This document shows positions 1 to 12,511 of a DNA stretch of 64,000 nucleotides, piece by piece. The stretch covers positions 121,086,001 to 121,150,000 of the forward strand of contig NC_087437.1 of the NCBI RefSeq assembly GCF_036321535.1. The letters run 5' to 3'. The stretch is from Camelus dromedarius (lineage: Eukaryota). Below the pieces are notes generated by a model that had not been told where the DNA came from, did not search any database, and worked only from the letters and a program-made list of their open reading frames with translations. The position numbers were made by a program, and so were the translations under genes. Position 1 is the first letter of the stretch; each line of letters begins with the position of its first letter.

Positions 1-59
1 AGGTGTTTTGCAGATGGGACTCTAGCAGGTGCCCGGAAAGGCACTCACTATCACTCGTC

Positions 60-710
60 ACCAGGGGATTGTGACTTAAAAACCATGCAGCGATGCCACT
101 CACACCCAATGAGTAAAACTAAAAACACAGACACAACCAATGTTGGTAAGAATGTGGGGTGATTGGAACTCACACACTGTTCACGGGAGTATATGAAACG
201 GTACAGCTGCTTTGGAAAACTGCCCGGCAATTTCCTTATAAGTTAAACATCCGCCTATCTTATGACCCAGAATTCCACTCCCAGGTTCTCACTCAAGAGA
301 AATAAAAACACTTGCCCCCAGAAAGCCTTCTTATAAGATGCCCTTAGTAGATTGATTCATAATAGTGAAAAGCTGGACACAGCTCAGGTGCCCATCAGCA
401 GGACAGGTGGACAAATGGAAATGAGCATATTCACGCAACAAGCGTGCCTCAGCCAAACCCACGTGCATGGCCAGCGGCGCCCGTGGTCTGACTCAGAAAG
501 GATCCAGCAGGAGAAATGGCTAGTCACGGAAGTCACTGGTGGGTGCCCGTGCGGGCGGGAACGAGGGGCTGTTGACTGCAAGGGGGCACGTTTTGGGAGT
601 GAGGAAAATGCTCTATACTTTGACTGAGGTAGTTGGAGGGTGTATACAGTTGATGGAATAATCAAACTTAACATCTGACCATTTCATCGCATGTGCCTAC
701 AAAAGAGCTC
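60..710 (+). mobile_element. Ancient L1 (L1M-type) ORF2 3' end / 3' UTR fragment
   Basis: Typical L1 3' motifs (tatgacccagaattccactcccagg, aatgttggtaagaatgtgg, tacagctgctttggaaaac). Recognised by eye; boundaries approximate. Confidence 0.75.
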
Positions 711-2046
711 TAGAAGACGTCGGCTCTTTGCCCAGTGGAACACGAGCCTGTTTCCCGGTAGTGTTACATCCTTGGGGGCGGCCAAGCTGGCGGCCAGGAG
801 GACGCTCAGTGTGCGTGGTCAGAGGGGTGGACAGGCCCTCTCTTCCCTCCCCCAGTGGACGCGGGGCCGCACCTCCCAGCCTAAAGGGACTGCGTGAGGG
901 CAAGGATGCAACGGCAGGTGGAGGTTTGGCGCCTTCGTCCTGGTGGTAACATCAGACTTTGCGGCTGCTGGGAAGCTGGAACGGGGTAACCAGACCCAGA
1001 GATCGGTGTCCCACAGCCACCTCTGCAGCAAGGAGAAACATGGCTTAGGTGCTTTCGGACGGCATTTGGGGCACCCTGGAGAGGCTGCCCTCCACCGGGC
1101 CATCTCGTGCCCACAGGGACAGGGATGGTTGTCCGTGTTTGCAGAGCAGTGGTTGTCAGAGTGGATCTGGTGCTGGGCTCCAACTGGTTGTACAGACAAG
1201 GAGTTGAACCTGGGAACACAGAGATGTCCAAAGCTGCGAGTGGGCTGGCTTGGGACCAGCCTGCTTCCTGAGGACACTGTGTGTCCCCAGAGGCAGGTGG
1301 TCCTGGCGGGGGCAGACCTGGTCACGACACAGAAGCCACTCGGATCTGCCAACGCATCTCTCCCTGGCTTTGCCTGATGCCCACGCGGCTGGTGCTGGAG
1401 GGACACTCTCATCCCCGGGCCACGTGGGAAGCGGCTCTGCTTCCCTTTACCCAGACCGGGGAGGGCGGGTGTGTGGCTGCCCCTCCTCCACACGTGAGTC
1501 ACCAACCAGGACGTCACTTCTCCAGCTGTAGACTGAGGACCTGCCGCTCACACAGCTGTGTGCTGTCCTCGTCCCTCAGGGTCCCGGTGCCCCGCGGCCT
1601 CGCTTGGTGTTTTCTCCAAGCCCAGCAGAGGGCGCCGCTGCCTGCGCGTTGGCTGAGAGCTGCTCTAGAACTGGCCTGAACCCTTCCTGGGGAGCAGGAG
1701 TGAGTTCAAGCTGAAAGACTAACCCACTAGGACAAGGACAAGGGACCAGGCCACCTGGCATCGCTGACCCCTCGCCGGGCCAGGAGCTGGGCTGAGGCCA
1801 CCGTGGCTCCATGAGGGGACACTACGTCTGTCCCCGGGCCACCCCACAACTTCCCAGCGGCTGGAGACGCTCGGGGCCGGGAGGCCTCAGCACCACCTGC
1901 TCTGTGGCTGCATCACAGAGACAGCACGAGTGTGGGGAGTGACACACAGGCCAGCTCCCCCAAGTTGCAGAAACCGCCCGGGGCAGCAGGCGCCAGATCA
2001 TGGGCGCCACCCACCCTATACTGACGAAACCACGTCAGAGGGAAGT

Positions 2047-2305
2047 GCACACGCCTGCACGCACATGCATGTGAGCCACACGTATACACACACCTGCATG
2101 CCCGCACACCTGTACGCACAGCTGCATATACACAGTCCTGCATGCATACATGTGTACACACCTGCAAGCACACGTGTGTACAAACACACCTGCAGGCACA
2201 CATGGTTTATGCACACGCGTGTCTGCACACATGCACCTGTGTATTTGTGCACGCAGCCTGCACGTGTACAGACACACTCCTGAGTGCACGCATGCACACC
2301 CACAC
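2047..2305. repeat. Degenerate (CA/TG)n purine-pyrimidine alternating low-complexity tract
   Basis: About 260 nt of cacacg/tgcaca/catgtg units seen directly. Confidence 0.85.
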
Positions 2306-2582
2306 AGGACAAGGGGCCAGGGTGGTCTGAGGAGGGGATCTCCCCGAGATCACCAGGGCCTCCTTCCAGCTCCCAGTTACCCCACTCGCAGACAGCTCAC
2401 TTGCCTTGAGCCCCAGTGTGGAGGGGCATGCCGATGGGGGTCTGAGAAGGGGCTGCCTGGGTTTTGGAACTGGGGGAGAAGGGCGCCCCGAGGCAAGGAA
2501 GGACAGGAAGTGGCCAGAGGCAGTGAGGCAGGGAGAAGCATCCAGATGGGTGTGGCCCTCTCCTGGCCTCCGCTCTGTGTGT

Positions 2583-2743
2583 CCAGCTGGTGGGGGCACC
2601 TCATTCAACTTGAATTTCAGATAAACAATAGTTTTTTGGTCTATGTGCATCCCATTCAATACTTGGGACATGTTTTTACTAAAAAGTTATTCGTGGTTTA
2701 TCTGGAATTCAAATTGAACTGAGTGTCCTGTGTTTCATCTGGC
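2583..2743. mobile_element. MER53-like palindromic hAT MITE
   Basis: Inverted arms ttcaacttgaatttcagataaac (2604-2626) and gtttatctggaattcaaattgaa (2696-2718) pair at 21 of 23 positions. Matches my recollection of the MER53 consensus. Confidence 0.75.
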
Positions 2744-5559
2744 CAGAGGCTGGCAGAGACCTGCATGGGGCCCCGCGGGGTCACAGTCACTGACATTCAC
2801 TTCCCTGGTAGTGACCACTCCTCCCCACGCCTGGCTGCCAGCAGCCTCTCCCAGAGTGGGGCTGGGATCTGGGCCCTCAGTAAGTGGCTGTGCCCCAGCT
2901 CAGAAGCAACTAGGTGGGGAGCCCCCGCCCAGGGCTGCACCAGCCTGCCCTGGGGGTGTATGGGCCCGGGCCCTGCTGTCAGGCCTCTCCTGGATTCTAA
3001 GTGTGTTAGGGATCCTCAGGGAGAGAATTCCCACATCAAACAGCCCTGTCAAACCCCGCCTGGCGCCAGAGCAGAGCCAGGCAGCCAGGCACCTGCTGGG
3101 CCGGGGGGGCCCTCCCTGCCCTCCTCCCGAGCGGAATTCCCCTGGAGCCCTCCCCTGGCGCCATGCCCGGCCGCCTCGGAGCACCTCAGGGATGATGGTG
3201 CTTCTGGGACTTGGCAGCCAGGAACATCTGGAGCCCGACAGCCTCCCTCGAGGGCAGGAAGGCTCCCAGGAACCTGCGGGTCAGGTGCTGGGCAGGAGGC
3301 CCTTGGGTTCCGGCTTTGATGGAGCCAAGAACCAAGGTCTGGGAGTGCCTGGGGAGGGGAGGCGGGGCGCAGTGCTGGGGCCCTGGGAGGGCACTGCCGT
3401 CCTCACTGTGGGCAGTTGGCTTAGGTGGGCGAGGGTCCCATCCCGGGAGGCCGCAGCGGGCAGCACACACCCTGGCCAACTTCTGGGTCCCCTCCGAGCT
3501 CCCCCTGGCCCTGCAGCCCCTCCAAACCCTGCTCCTACCTGAGCTGCTTGGTCCACTGCCCCTCCTGCCTCCCAGAGCAAGGCGGAGGCACAGAGGACGT
3601 GCCCTTCCCGCTGCGAGCACCTGAGCCCGGCCCCTCCCAGGTCGCCCAGGCTGCGCTGACCCCTGAGGGCACTCATGCCACCTGCCTTCCAGCTGCTCCT
3701 CTCAACCCACTTTCTCACCTTTTTTTCATCTGTTTCTGGATGTTTACATTCTTGGATGAGACCATGTTCCCCACAAGCCCACAGCTTCACCCTCTGTCCC
3801 CGCACACCGGCCTGTCTGTCCTTTGGGCAGCACCTCTGCCCGTCCCCTCCACCTGCCCGGCTTCCAGGGGCTTCACTGACCCTCTCCCATGGGGCCCCAC
3901 GGCCCTCAGCCGACCCTCCTGCCCTGAACCTCCCGCCGCTCTTGCTCCTGATTTCTGCCAGTGGCACCTCCATCAGCCCCTCCTCCAGGCAACAAGCCCC
4001 CAGTCCTGGTCCCTTGCTCCCTCTCTCGTCCCCCAGCCCCTCCATGCTGAGTCTGCCCACAGGGCCCACAGCCAGACAGCTCAGCGAGCAGAAATCCCGG
4101 CAGCTGGAGGCTGGGTTTCCTGGGGACAGAGCCCCTTCCTTCTTGGACATGCCCAGCTTGGACCTCCTTTTGTCCAAGATGGTGAGGCCAAGGGGCTGGA
4201 GCCTTGGTCTCTGCCACCAGGAGGAAGTTTCTAGAATTCCTGGTGGGAGGGGTGAGGAGATTTGGTGGGGGGTGGAGGAATGTGCCCAGGGTGGGCAGCC
4301 TCCCTCCCACCACGCCTGGGCTGCAGACCGAGCATGGTCACAGCCCGGCCTTCCTCATGGGCTGAACTCCCCCTGCAGCCCTGGGGCCCTGCCTAGCACC
4401 CCTCCCAGCGCTGTCTGCGCGCACAGCTCTGCAGACACCGGCCTGCGCCCCGCGGCCCACACCCGGCCGCCCCTCCAGAACGGGCTCCCCGTGATGTCAG
4501 CGCCCCGCACTCACGCACGTGGTCCTGCTTCAAAGCTCACGGCCACGAAAGGGGTTGCAAAACCCCAGACCAAGCACAAATACATTAAGGGCCGAAAAGG
4601 GTCTGAGCACATTGCGAAAACTGCCGGCACAACATAAAGGTGGGATCTTCTGGGCTCTGAGGCCTCAGGGGTGTGAGGAGATGTGACTCGTAACAGAAGG
4701 CAGCTTCCAGGCCCAGCCTCCCCGGACTCCGTGGGCTTCACGCCCCCTCACACCCTCAGAGTCAGGCTCCTGGGGCAGCCCTGCCTGCGGGCCGGAGACA
4801 CACTGTCTCAGGACCACCGTGGTCCTGCTCCTGGCCCGCCCGTCTCCTGGATGGTTCTTCTGGCCGATGTCACCCCCTTGTCTGGTTCTCCTTTGGGTCA
4901 CGGAGCCCAGACAGCCCCTGCCTCAGGTCAGCTGGCCCCGTTCTGCCCCTCAAGCCCGGCCCCCTTCTGAGGATGTCGCCTGTCTAGGGCCTGAGGCGGG
5001 GCTGGGTGCAGACTGGAGTGAGCTCCCAGGTGGAGTCTGACAAGGCAGAGCTGCAGGTGCTCACCCCTCTGGAGCCCAGACCCCCGGAGAGCATTCAAAG
5101 AGACTGGCCAGAACTGGGCGGGGGTTTGGAACGTACTGCACAAGGGACACTGGCAGGAGCTGAGGCTATTCTGAGAGACTTGCGGCGATGGTTTCCAGGG
5201 ATCCAGGGGCAAGCGGGGAACAGGGAGCGGGGCCCTGTGCTGTCCTGAGAGCACAGCCCACAGCCCAGCTCACAGGCGTGGCGCGTGGCCTTCTGGTCAC
5301 CCTCATAGGGCCCTGGCAGGGCTGTCCCACCGAGCATTCGAAGGGAAGAGGGTCCTGCCGCCGGCAGGGAGTGCATTCTGGAGATCATCATCAAAGAGCT
5401 ACCAACACTGTGATCCCACCTCTCCTGCATTTGAACAAAAGGCCAGTTTACAAAGGCCTTTATCACAGAACCGCATCGGGGCCTCCACCAGATGCCCCAG
5501 CTCCCTGAGCACGGCCGCCCGTGACCGCCACCCACCGGCAGCCTCACATTAAATGGAAA

Positions 5560-6080
5560 CAGAAAAGTAAGGGTCTCCAGGTGTTTGACGAAAGACCTTA
5601 AACATGAGAGTCAGGCTAAATTATACACATACACTCCTACTGGACAACACTGAGCTAGTTCTGGAAACAGAAAAGAACGTTAAAAAATTACAATTATCTC
5701 CAGAAGATATTGCATTGATAAAGTACAGAATGCCGTCCACAGGGAAGAGTCCTTGGATATTAGAAACGTTATTCCTGGCGTTACAGGAAGACACTCATCA
5801 ACATGGCTGGGGGATAAAGGTGAGGAATTCTGGGTTGCAGAACGAAACAAAAAGACAGACTCAGCCCAGGAGACCCGAAAGCCGGCAGCCGGAATTCTAG
5901 GGAGAGCGAGGAGGAGCCGGAAAGCCGGAAACTATGGGAAAAAGCTTGGAGGGTCTCCCAGGCCTGGGAGCTCACGCCTTCAGATCGAAGGGCGCTGAGA
6001 CCAAGGGAACGGGGCACAGGAGCCCCTGCGGAGAAGCCGAGGGCGCCAAGGGCAGAGACGGTCAAAGGGAAGGCGCCTCG
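5560..6080 (+). mobile_element. HAL1/L1 ORF1-like fossil fragment
   Basis: A-rich island with ccagaagatattgcat...gataaaggtgaggaat...aaacaaaaagaca resembling HAL1 ORF1. No intact ORF. Confidence 0.55.
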
Positions 6081-7767
6081 GGGGGCAGAGGAGTTGGGAG
6101 ACGTGTTCCCAGGGGAATGACTTCCACCTAAAGTCCTGCACACGTGCATCGGGCAGGGTAATGGATGCGGCCACCACGAGTGTCCACACCACAGAGGTGG
6201 GATCTCGCTGCGCCAAGCGGGTGAGGTCAGTGGCTTCCCAGCCTGTGGCTGCACTGTCGGGGCAGGTGGCCCGAGGGGCTGTGGAGGCCGGACGCCCCTA
6301 CCAGCTCTCACCCCCAGCCTGGGACTGACACCTGCTCTCTCTGCTCAATGCCCATTGGCCAGCCGTGGTCACATGACCCGGCCGAGCTGCATGGGATGCT
6401 GGGAAGTGTGGGGGAGCACTTGGAAGAGGATGTCCTTTAGGTGTCACCCACAGACACAGGGTCAACCAGAACATGGGTGTTAGACCTGGACAGGTTGGCT
6501 CCAGCCGAAGACGACAGGAAAGTTCCAGAATGGGAACCGGGGTCAGTTCTAAAGGCAGTAGGCCTGGAAGGCCTGGGGAGCTGGAGGCGGGGGTAGAGGG
6601 GAGCTGAAGGGAGAAGCAGGGTCTCCATGGATGCACGCCAGCCAGAAACCCTGCAGACGCGACGGGAGTTCCAGCTCACGGTGAACGCCCAGGAGTGGTG
6701 CTCACAGGGCTCTAGCTGCGGGGGCAGGAGACGATGGGGTTCCTGGGGGGCAGCAAGAAGCTGGAAGACGTGACTGTGTGCAGAGACGGTGGTTTTCTCC
6801 CCCAAAAAGGAAAGGAGAGAGGGAGGGATTTTTGGAGGAATCTGTCAGGAACTTGTTGAAAACAGTTACACGCAGCACACGGGGTCCACGTGTGAAGTGA
6901 GCCACGTGCGGTGGGCTTGTGGCACCAGAGGAGAGTGTCTGACCCCCATTCAGGGACTGACCCAGGGGTGGCACGGAGGTTGTCCGGCCACTGTGACCCC
7001 TGGGAAGGGAGTGATCGCAGCTGCACTCTTGCCTCTGCAAGAAGGACGTTACGACACGGCCAGGACTAGATTTTAGAATCATCCCGGGGGGCTTGGTCTG
7101 CGGTCTGATACTGGGAGGGGCCAGCCAGGCAGCTTGGAGGGAGGGGGGCGAGGGGGTGGGAGGAGGGTCGGGGCCCCATATTGTCACGTGAGACCACACA
7201 GGGCGCAAAGAGGGGATGAAACACCGGCTGCCAGCCTGGGATGGGCCGTCCCGCGTGGTTTGTCGGGGCCTCCAGCGCCAGCCCCCAACACAGACTCCTC
7301 ACTGCCTCAACTCAGAGGCCTTGTCAGGCAGCCAGGCCACTGGAAGCAGCTAAGGGACACTGCAGGTCTGCAGGGGAGGTGGGCGGCGCTACTCTCGTAC
7401 CTGGCCAGGTCGGAGGCCAGCTGCCCGGCCGCCCCAGGCAAAGCCTGACAGCCACATAAAGGCGGTCAGACTGCAGGGCCACCCAGGGGCCAGGGGGCCT
7501 GTCTGAGCATCTGATGCTGCTGGAAACTCTGTGTCAGAGGGAGGGCAGCACCGGGCTGCCTCCTGCCTCATTTTAAGGCTCCCCAGGCTGTATACGGGGG
7601 TCCCATGGGCTCAGCCTGAGCCTTATACTGGGGAGGGGCCTGGGTGTGGAGGGCCCGAGGTGGGGCCAGGTCCTGGCTCGTGGGGCCCCGTCCCGTGTCA
7701 CCCATCCCTGCAACGGCTCGGGCGCCAGGCAGCGGTGCAGGGCCCACGGCGGGCACAGCTTCCTCAC

Positions 7768-7997
7768 CAGGAAGGACTGGAAGAGCTGGAAGCAGCCGGC
7801 CAGCCGCACGTACAGGCGGGACTGCAGCCGCGTGGACGTGCCGTTGAAGGCGTTGGCCACGGCCAGGAAGGCGTAGGGCCCCACGGTGAAGAACTCCCAG
7901 TCGTAGGCGCCCGACGTGGCGATGGTCTGGTTGGCCTCGAACAGGCGGGTCCCCGGGTTCCACTTGTAGATGACGCTGTCTATGTTGTGGTTGTCGC
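7768..7997 (-). CDS. TSPEAR: TSPEAR exon 9 (EAR repeats; [13 protein letters not shown]...FQLFQSFL), 230 nt
   Basis: Acceptor ttccag|, donor |gtgagg. Phase 1 to 0, in frame with exon 8. EAR motif YDWEFF-x-VG-x-x-FLAVAN. Confidence 0.97.
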
Positions 7998-8808
7998 CTG
8001 GAAGCCCAGCGGTGCGCTGAGGTGGGAGAGACAGGACCCGGCCCGCCCGGCCCGCCCTGGGGCCTCGGCCCAGTTCTCCTGCACCCTCCCAGGCCCCCAG
8101 TGATGACGCCGTCTACGTGACGGCCCGCCTCTGCCCCGAGGAGAGCCCTGGGTGCCCCTGCCTCCGGACGGCTCCAGAACACCCTGTATGTGGCCTTCCA
8201 GCACCTTGGCGGTGGGACCCCCCCCGGCCCCATGCCTCACACTGCGTTGTCCCCTTCACTCTTGTTGCCCCCCACAGGGCAGGCCTGCACAGGCCGAAGC
8301 CCCTTCCTCTCATCGTGCTTCCTGGAGCCCCCCACTCCTGGAGCATTCACTGCCATGGGGGGCACTGGGCATGGGGCTCCTGGGGTCCCCTCTGCCTGTG
8401 AGCAGTGTGGGGCTCCTCCCCAGTCCCCCACGAGCTTCCCAGCAGACGCAGACTCAGATGAATGCCGATGGAGCCAAGGACACCCTTCAGGGCCGGCTGC
8501 CCCCAGGGCCCTGTCTCCTCCTCCAGTTACAGGGCAGGCAGGGCTGGTGTGGTCCCTCAGGGTGGTCACCTGGCCCAGAACCCGGGTTCCCGGCCCCTCC
8601 CAGGCCTGTCTGCCACCACACCCACTGCAGTTCATGGAGTTTGTGCCCAGAATGGATGAGGGCGGGGCCCCCTGACCTGGGCAGGTGAGGGGGTGCTCAG
8701 GTGTGACTACCTTCAGACGCCAGTGTCAGGTGGCCAAGCCCTGACAAGCACAGTGAGCCCCGCAGGCCATCACGCCCGGCCCCTGGGGTTGAAGGCCTCA
8801 GCCCCTAC

Positions 8809-8995
8809 CTTCCCGGTGGTTGGCCACGGCCAGGAAGTGCTCCCCGGCCACCTCGAAGGCCTCCCAGTCCCGGGCGCTGTGGGTGGGGACCCTCTGGTAA
8901 GGCGTGAACCTCAGTCTCCTCTGGCTCCACTTGTAAATGACGGAGAACTCCTGACCCTTTTCATTCGGTTCAAAGTTGGCCACAGCCAGGAAGAT
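8809..8995 (-). CDS. TSPEAR: TSPEAR exon 8 ([23 protein letters not shown]...FLAVANHRE), 187 nt
   Basis: Acceptor tctcccag|, donor |gtaggg. EAR repeat sequence, in frame. Confidence 0.97.
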
Positions 8996-10322
8996 CTGGG
9001 GAGAGGACCAGGACACCCGTTCCCGGGACCCACGTGAGGAGTCTGGGGCTCGGGGGGCGCTGAACGCCGGCCTCGGGATGGGCTGAGCCCGCGACTGACG
9101 GCCCGGGCAGGACCGGAGCCTGGACCATCTCTCCAGATCTTGATTATGTTTAAGACCCGTGTCCACGCGTGCCAACCCCCCAGCCCCATCCCCAGCTCCC
9201 GGGCCCAGGAAGAGCGCTACGCACAGCACTCTTCGTTCAGCACCTGGATGGGGAGGAAGCTCTCCCTGCCCCGCTCTCCCTCAGGAAGCACGTGTCTGTC
9301 ACGCAGCCGAGGACGACACGGAAATGCCCAGCCTGTGACATGACCCAGAGGCCAGACGGCCGGGTCACGGGATTTAGCAGGAGCCAGAAGCCCGGAGTGA
9401 GGGACATGCTCACAGGCTGGGAGTGGCCCCGGGCACACTCCGGTCTGCACAGATTTTTCTTACTTTTCTAAATTTCCGCTTTGCTGTAAAGTTATTCTTG
9501 ATAATGAAAAAATAAAAACCTTTAAAATGTCATCAACCAAAACCCAGAGAGCTGGTCACTCGTTCACCAGGCTGTACTCGGGCGCAGGACCGAGATGGCC
9601 TGCAGGGACGGAGCACACAGCCTGGTCTGTTCTGCTCAGTTTTGCCCCCAGCGGGTGGGCCCAGGGGAGGGCAGGGCTGTACCCGGCACACGTGCTGTGA
9701 GTGGGCGACCTGGGGGACAGGCACTGGAAGGTGGCCCCGGGACACTGCCGTTTGGAGTCAAGGGTTAGAAGGAGCAGGGAGGAGAAACCCCGTCGTGAAG
9801 AGGACGCCCCCCGCAGCCCCCGCCCCTGGGCCGATCCTCAACGCAGCCCCGGTGGAAGGGGCGCCACTCGCGGGGGCCTCCCCCCACCCTGAGGCCCCTG
9901 GGCCCCAGCCCTCGCCACCTGCACCTGTCCCTTCATTTGGACATCACGTGCCCCGTGCTTGTGGAGCGAATGCGGGAAGGCTGGGGCTTGGGGTCTCCTT
10001 CCATCCTGATGTGAGTTCGGCATTGCTGACTCGTTTAGGCCAAGCTATCTCAAAGGCTGTAAGCTGTCAGTGACAGGTCTGCACGGAGCTGGGGAGCAGC
10101 TCAGATCTATTTTCTAAGGAAGCCGAACGGACTTACTCAGTCACGCTCTGAATTTAGAGACGCAGCTGTGTCTGACTTTGAAAGCCGTTTAGAACCTGCG
10201 TGAGGCTTTGAAACCACGAAAGACACTTGCCCTGTAAAATCCACACAGGGCTTCCCAGTCTGTGGACTCTGTGGGTTTTCCCTGGTAATAAGGACCGAGA
10301 ACGTCTCCGAATGCAGACTTGC

Positions 10323-10549
10323 CTTTTTCCCGATGGTGAAATGTCTCCAGGACTGTGCTTGGTGCGTGGGGATGTCCTGGTAGGAGGCGAACTTTCCGTC
10401 GGTCCATTTGTAGATGGTGGACGTGGCCTTCCGATTGGCGGTCGCTATGAAGAGCCCGGCCTCGGGGATGGCGAAGACCTCGATCCCCAGCGTCTCCGAG
10501 TCCGTGAACAGGCTCTGATGCTCTTCCACGTAGTCCAGTCTTTCTTTGG
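10323..10549 (-). CDS. TSPEAR: TSPEAR exon 7 ([12 protein letters not shown]...WRHFTIGKK), 227 nt
   Basis: Clear TSPEAR peptide in frame with exons 6 and 8. Boundaries require a catgag| acceptor and an AAG|gcaagt (GC) donor. Confidence 0.93.
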
Positions 10550-11215
10550 CTCATGATGGAAACACGGAGACTCAGGACGGAAGCCCGACGGACATCCTGG
10601 GAGCGCAACCCCAGGGCCCTGGTTGTGGCCCTGAGCATCGGGTCGGGCGAGCGGCCCTGAGAGCCGTGTCACCTTGTGGGGAGGTGTGTCCGAGGAGCTG
10701 CTCGTCTCTGCGTGGGCTTTAGGGTCCCCAGTGACACCAGCCGGGTGGAACTGAGGTGTCAGATCCCTGCTAGACACTTCCCACGGCTCATGGCTCCCCC
10801 GAAAGTCTGTGCCCCAACGTGAACTAGCGAGTGGGGACCACAGCTCGCGGATGGCCAGTGGGAGCCTGTTCCCTCTTCCCAAGGACCGCCCGCCCACAGC
10901 GTCATGGCATCTCTCCCCGCCTTCCCTGCAAACAACACCACTCTCAGGCTCCTGGCATGCAGTGTCCAGTTGCTGACCTCACTGGGAAGAGAGAGTGGGG
11001 ACAGCAGGCGGGGCCACCCTGGAGGGAGGCCCACCCTCTCCCCTAAATGGAACCAGGCCAGAGATGAGAGCCTGCCAGCCCCTGCGTCGTGCACAGGACG
11101 GCGCGTGTTTCCAGGTGAAACACGTAGGCTTGCTGCTCTGCATGGGGTGGTCTCCTGTCCCTGAGTGACGCCGGCTCTGAGAAGACCCCCACGTCCCCGG
11201 GCCTGCCTGCCTCAC

Positions 11216-11347
11216 CTGCTAACACGGAGACCCACTCGCTGCCCACACACAGGTACAGGCCCTTGCGGCCCGCGTCAAACCAGAACTGGGCGTCCTCCGC
11301 TTCGGTGCATGGAGGCCGGGGTCCCAGTGTCACCTTCATGCTGGTTT
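11216..11347 (-). CDS. TSPEAR: TSPEAR exon 6 ([14 protein letters not shown]...EWVSVLA), 132 nt
   Basis: Acceptor ccccacag|, donor |gtgagg. Phase 1 to 1. Confidence 0.96.
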
Positions 11348-12511
11348 CTGTGGGGAGACAAGGGGCTGAGCATACAGTGGGGCCCTGCTCCCAGAGGAGA
11401 GCGGAATCGGGGCGGGCCTGACCCCTGACCCCGGCAGTCCTGCCTTTGCCCTCAGTTCCCAGCACCAGGAACCAGGAGCTGCGGCCTGCCCCGAGGGGTC
11501 TGCGCGCAGGACGCGGAGAGGCTCCCTGCAGCCCGGCCTCCCGCCCTCAGCGAGTGACCTAGTCCTTCCCCGGGACCTTGGCTCTTCTGAGACCCCTAGT
11601 AGTCATGGCTGTCCTGCTGTCCTCTCAGAGCTGGGACTCGCTCCACTCTGCTTAGCTCTGGGGCGCCTCGACCCCCTCATTTCTGGTCACGTGACCCCAC
11701 CCCACGTCAGAAACTCTGCCACTTGGTCTCTTTACAGCGACGTCCTCACTGAGGCCCCAAGGGCCAGGCTGTGACACTGAGCGCGTCCTCGACCTCCTGC
11801 AGTCCCAGCAGAGGCCTGGGGTCGGACTCCTGCCCGAGGTGCCTTGCAGTTACCAAAGCCCAGAAAACAGCCCCGGGGCCGGTGCCCCGGGAGCTCCAGG
11901 ATTGGGTCTGAGGGCCCATGTGCTCGGGGCCCCCCTGACTGGGAAGCGGGGCTGCCTCCTCCCCCTGGGGGTGGGTGGGACTGCTGGGGGAGGGGGCTAC
12001 AGAGTCTCCGAGGCAGGGGGTGAGGTGGACATTGTGACTCTGCACTGGGGAGGTACAAGCGCAAAATAAAGACGGCAAAGCCAGGGACCCTGCAGGCCGG
12101 GGACCCAGAAAATAGAAATGAACCTCGCAGAGGTTGGGCCCCTACTGGGGGGGCTGAGGTTGGAGGTCTGCCCGAGAGGGAAGGGCAGAGGGGCCCCAAA
12201 TGCTGCTCTGGGGCAAAGCAGCAGCGGGCGGGAGTCAGAGGCACCAGGGGAGGAAGACGAGGGCCCTTGGCCCCGGTCCAGGCGGGACGTGCGGTCCATC
12301 GAGGGCACCGTCCAGGCGGGTGTTAAACGGCCACCGTGGAGCCCTCGGAGGGCAGGATGGTCTGCCTTTCCTGGAGGGCCGTGGGAATCAGACCCCAGCG
12401 TCCCTCCGTTGTGGGGACCAGTGGGCTCCTGTCTCTGCGCCCGGGGAGGCTGGGGCGCGACACGGCCCCGGGTCTGCCGTCGGCACGGGGCGCGTAGCCA
12501 TGACTACTAAC

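Noticed and set aside
1913-2330. Cys/Val- and His/Thr-rich ORFs resembling a small KRTAP
   Set aside because: They are translations of the CA/TG low-complexity tract, with no CCxP motifs, TATA box or poly(A) signal.
2700-4640. Overlapping 200-320-aa ORFs (also 30-33 kb, 52.7-54 kb and 61.4-62.2 kb)
   Set aside because: Pro/Gly/Ala/Arg-rich with no recognisable domain and present in several frames at once, as expected from stop-codon scarcity in GC-rich DNA.
1-7767. TSPEAR exons 10-12 and an antisense lncRNA equivalent to human TSPEAR-AS1/2
   Set aside because: No TFGAADWEVF-like peptide appears in the ORF track or by inspection. lncRNA exons cannot be supported from sequence alone.
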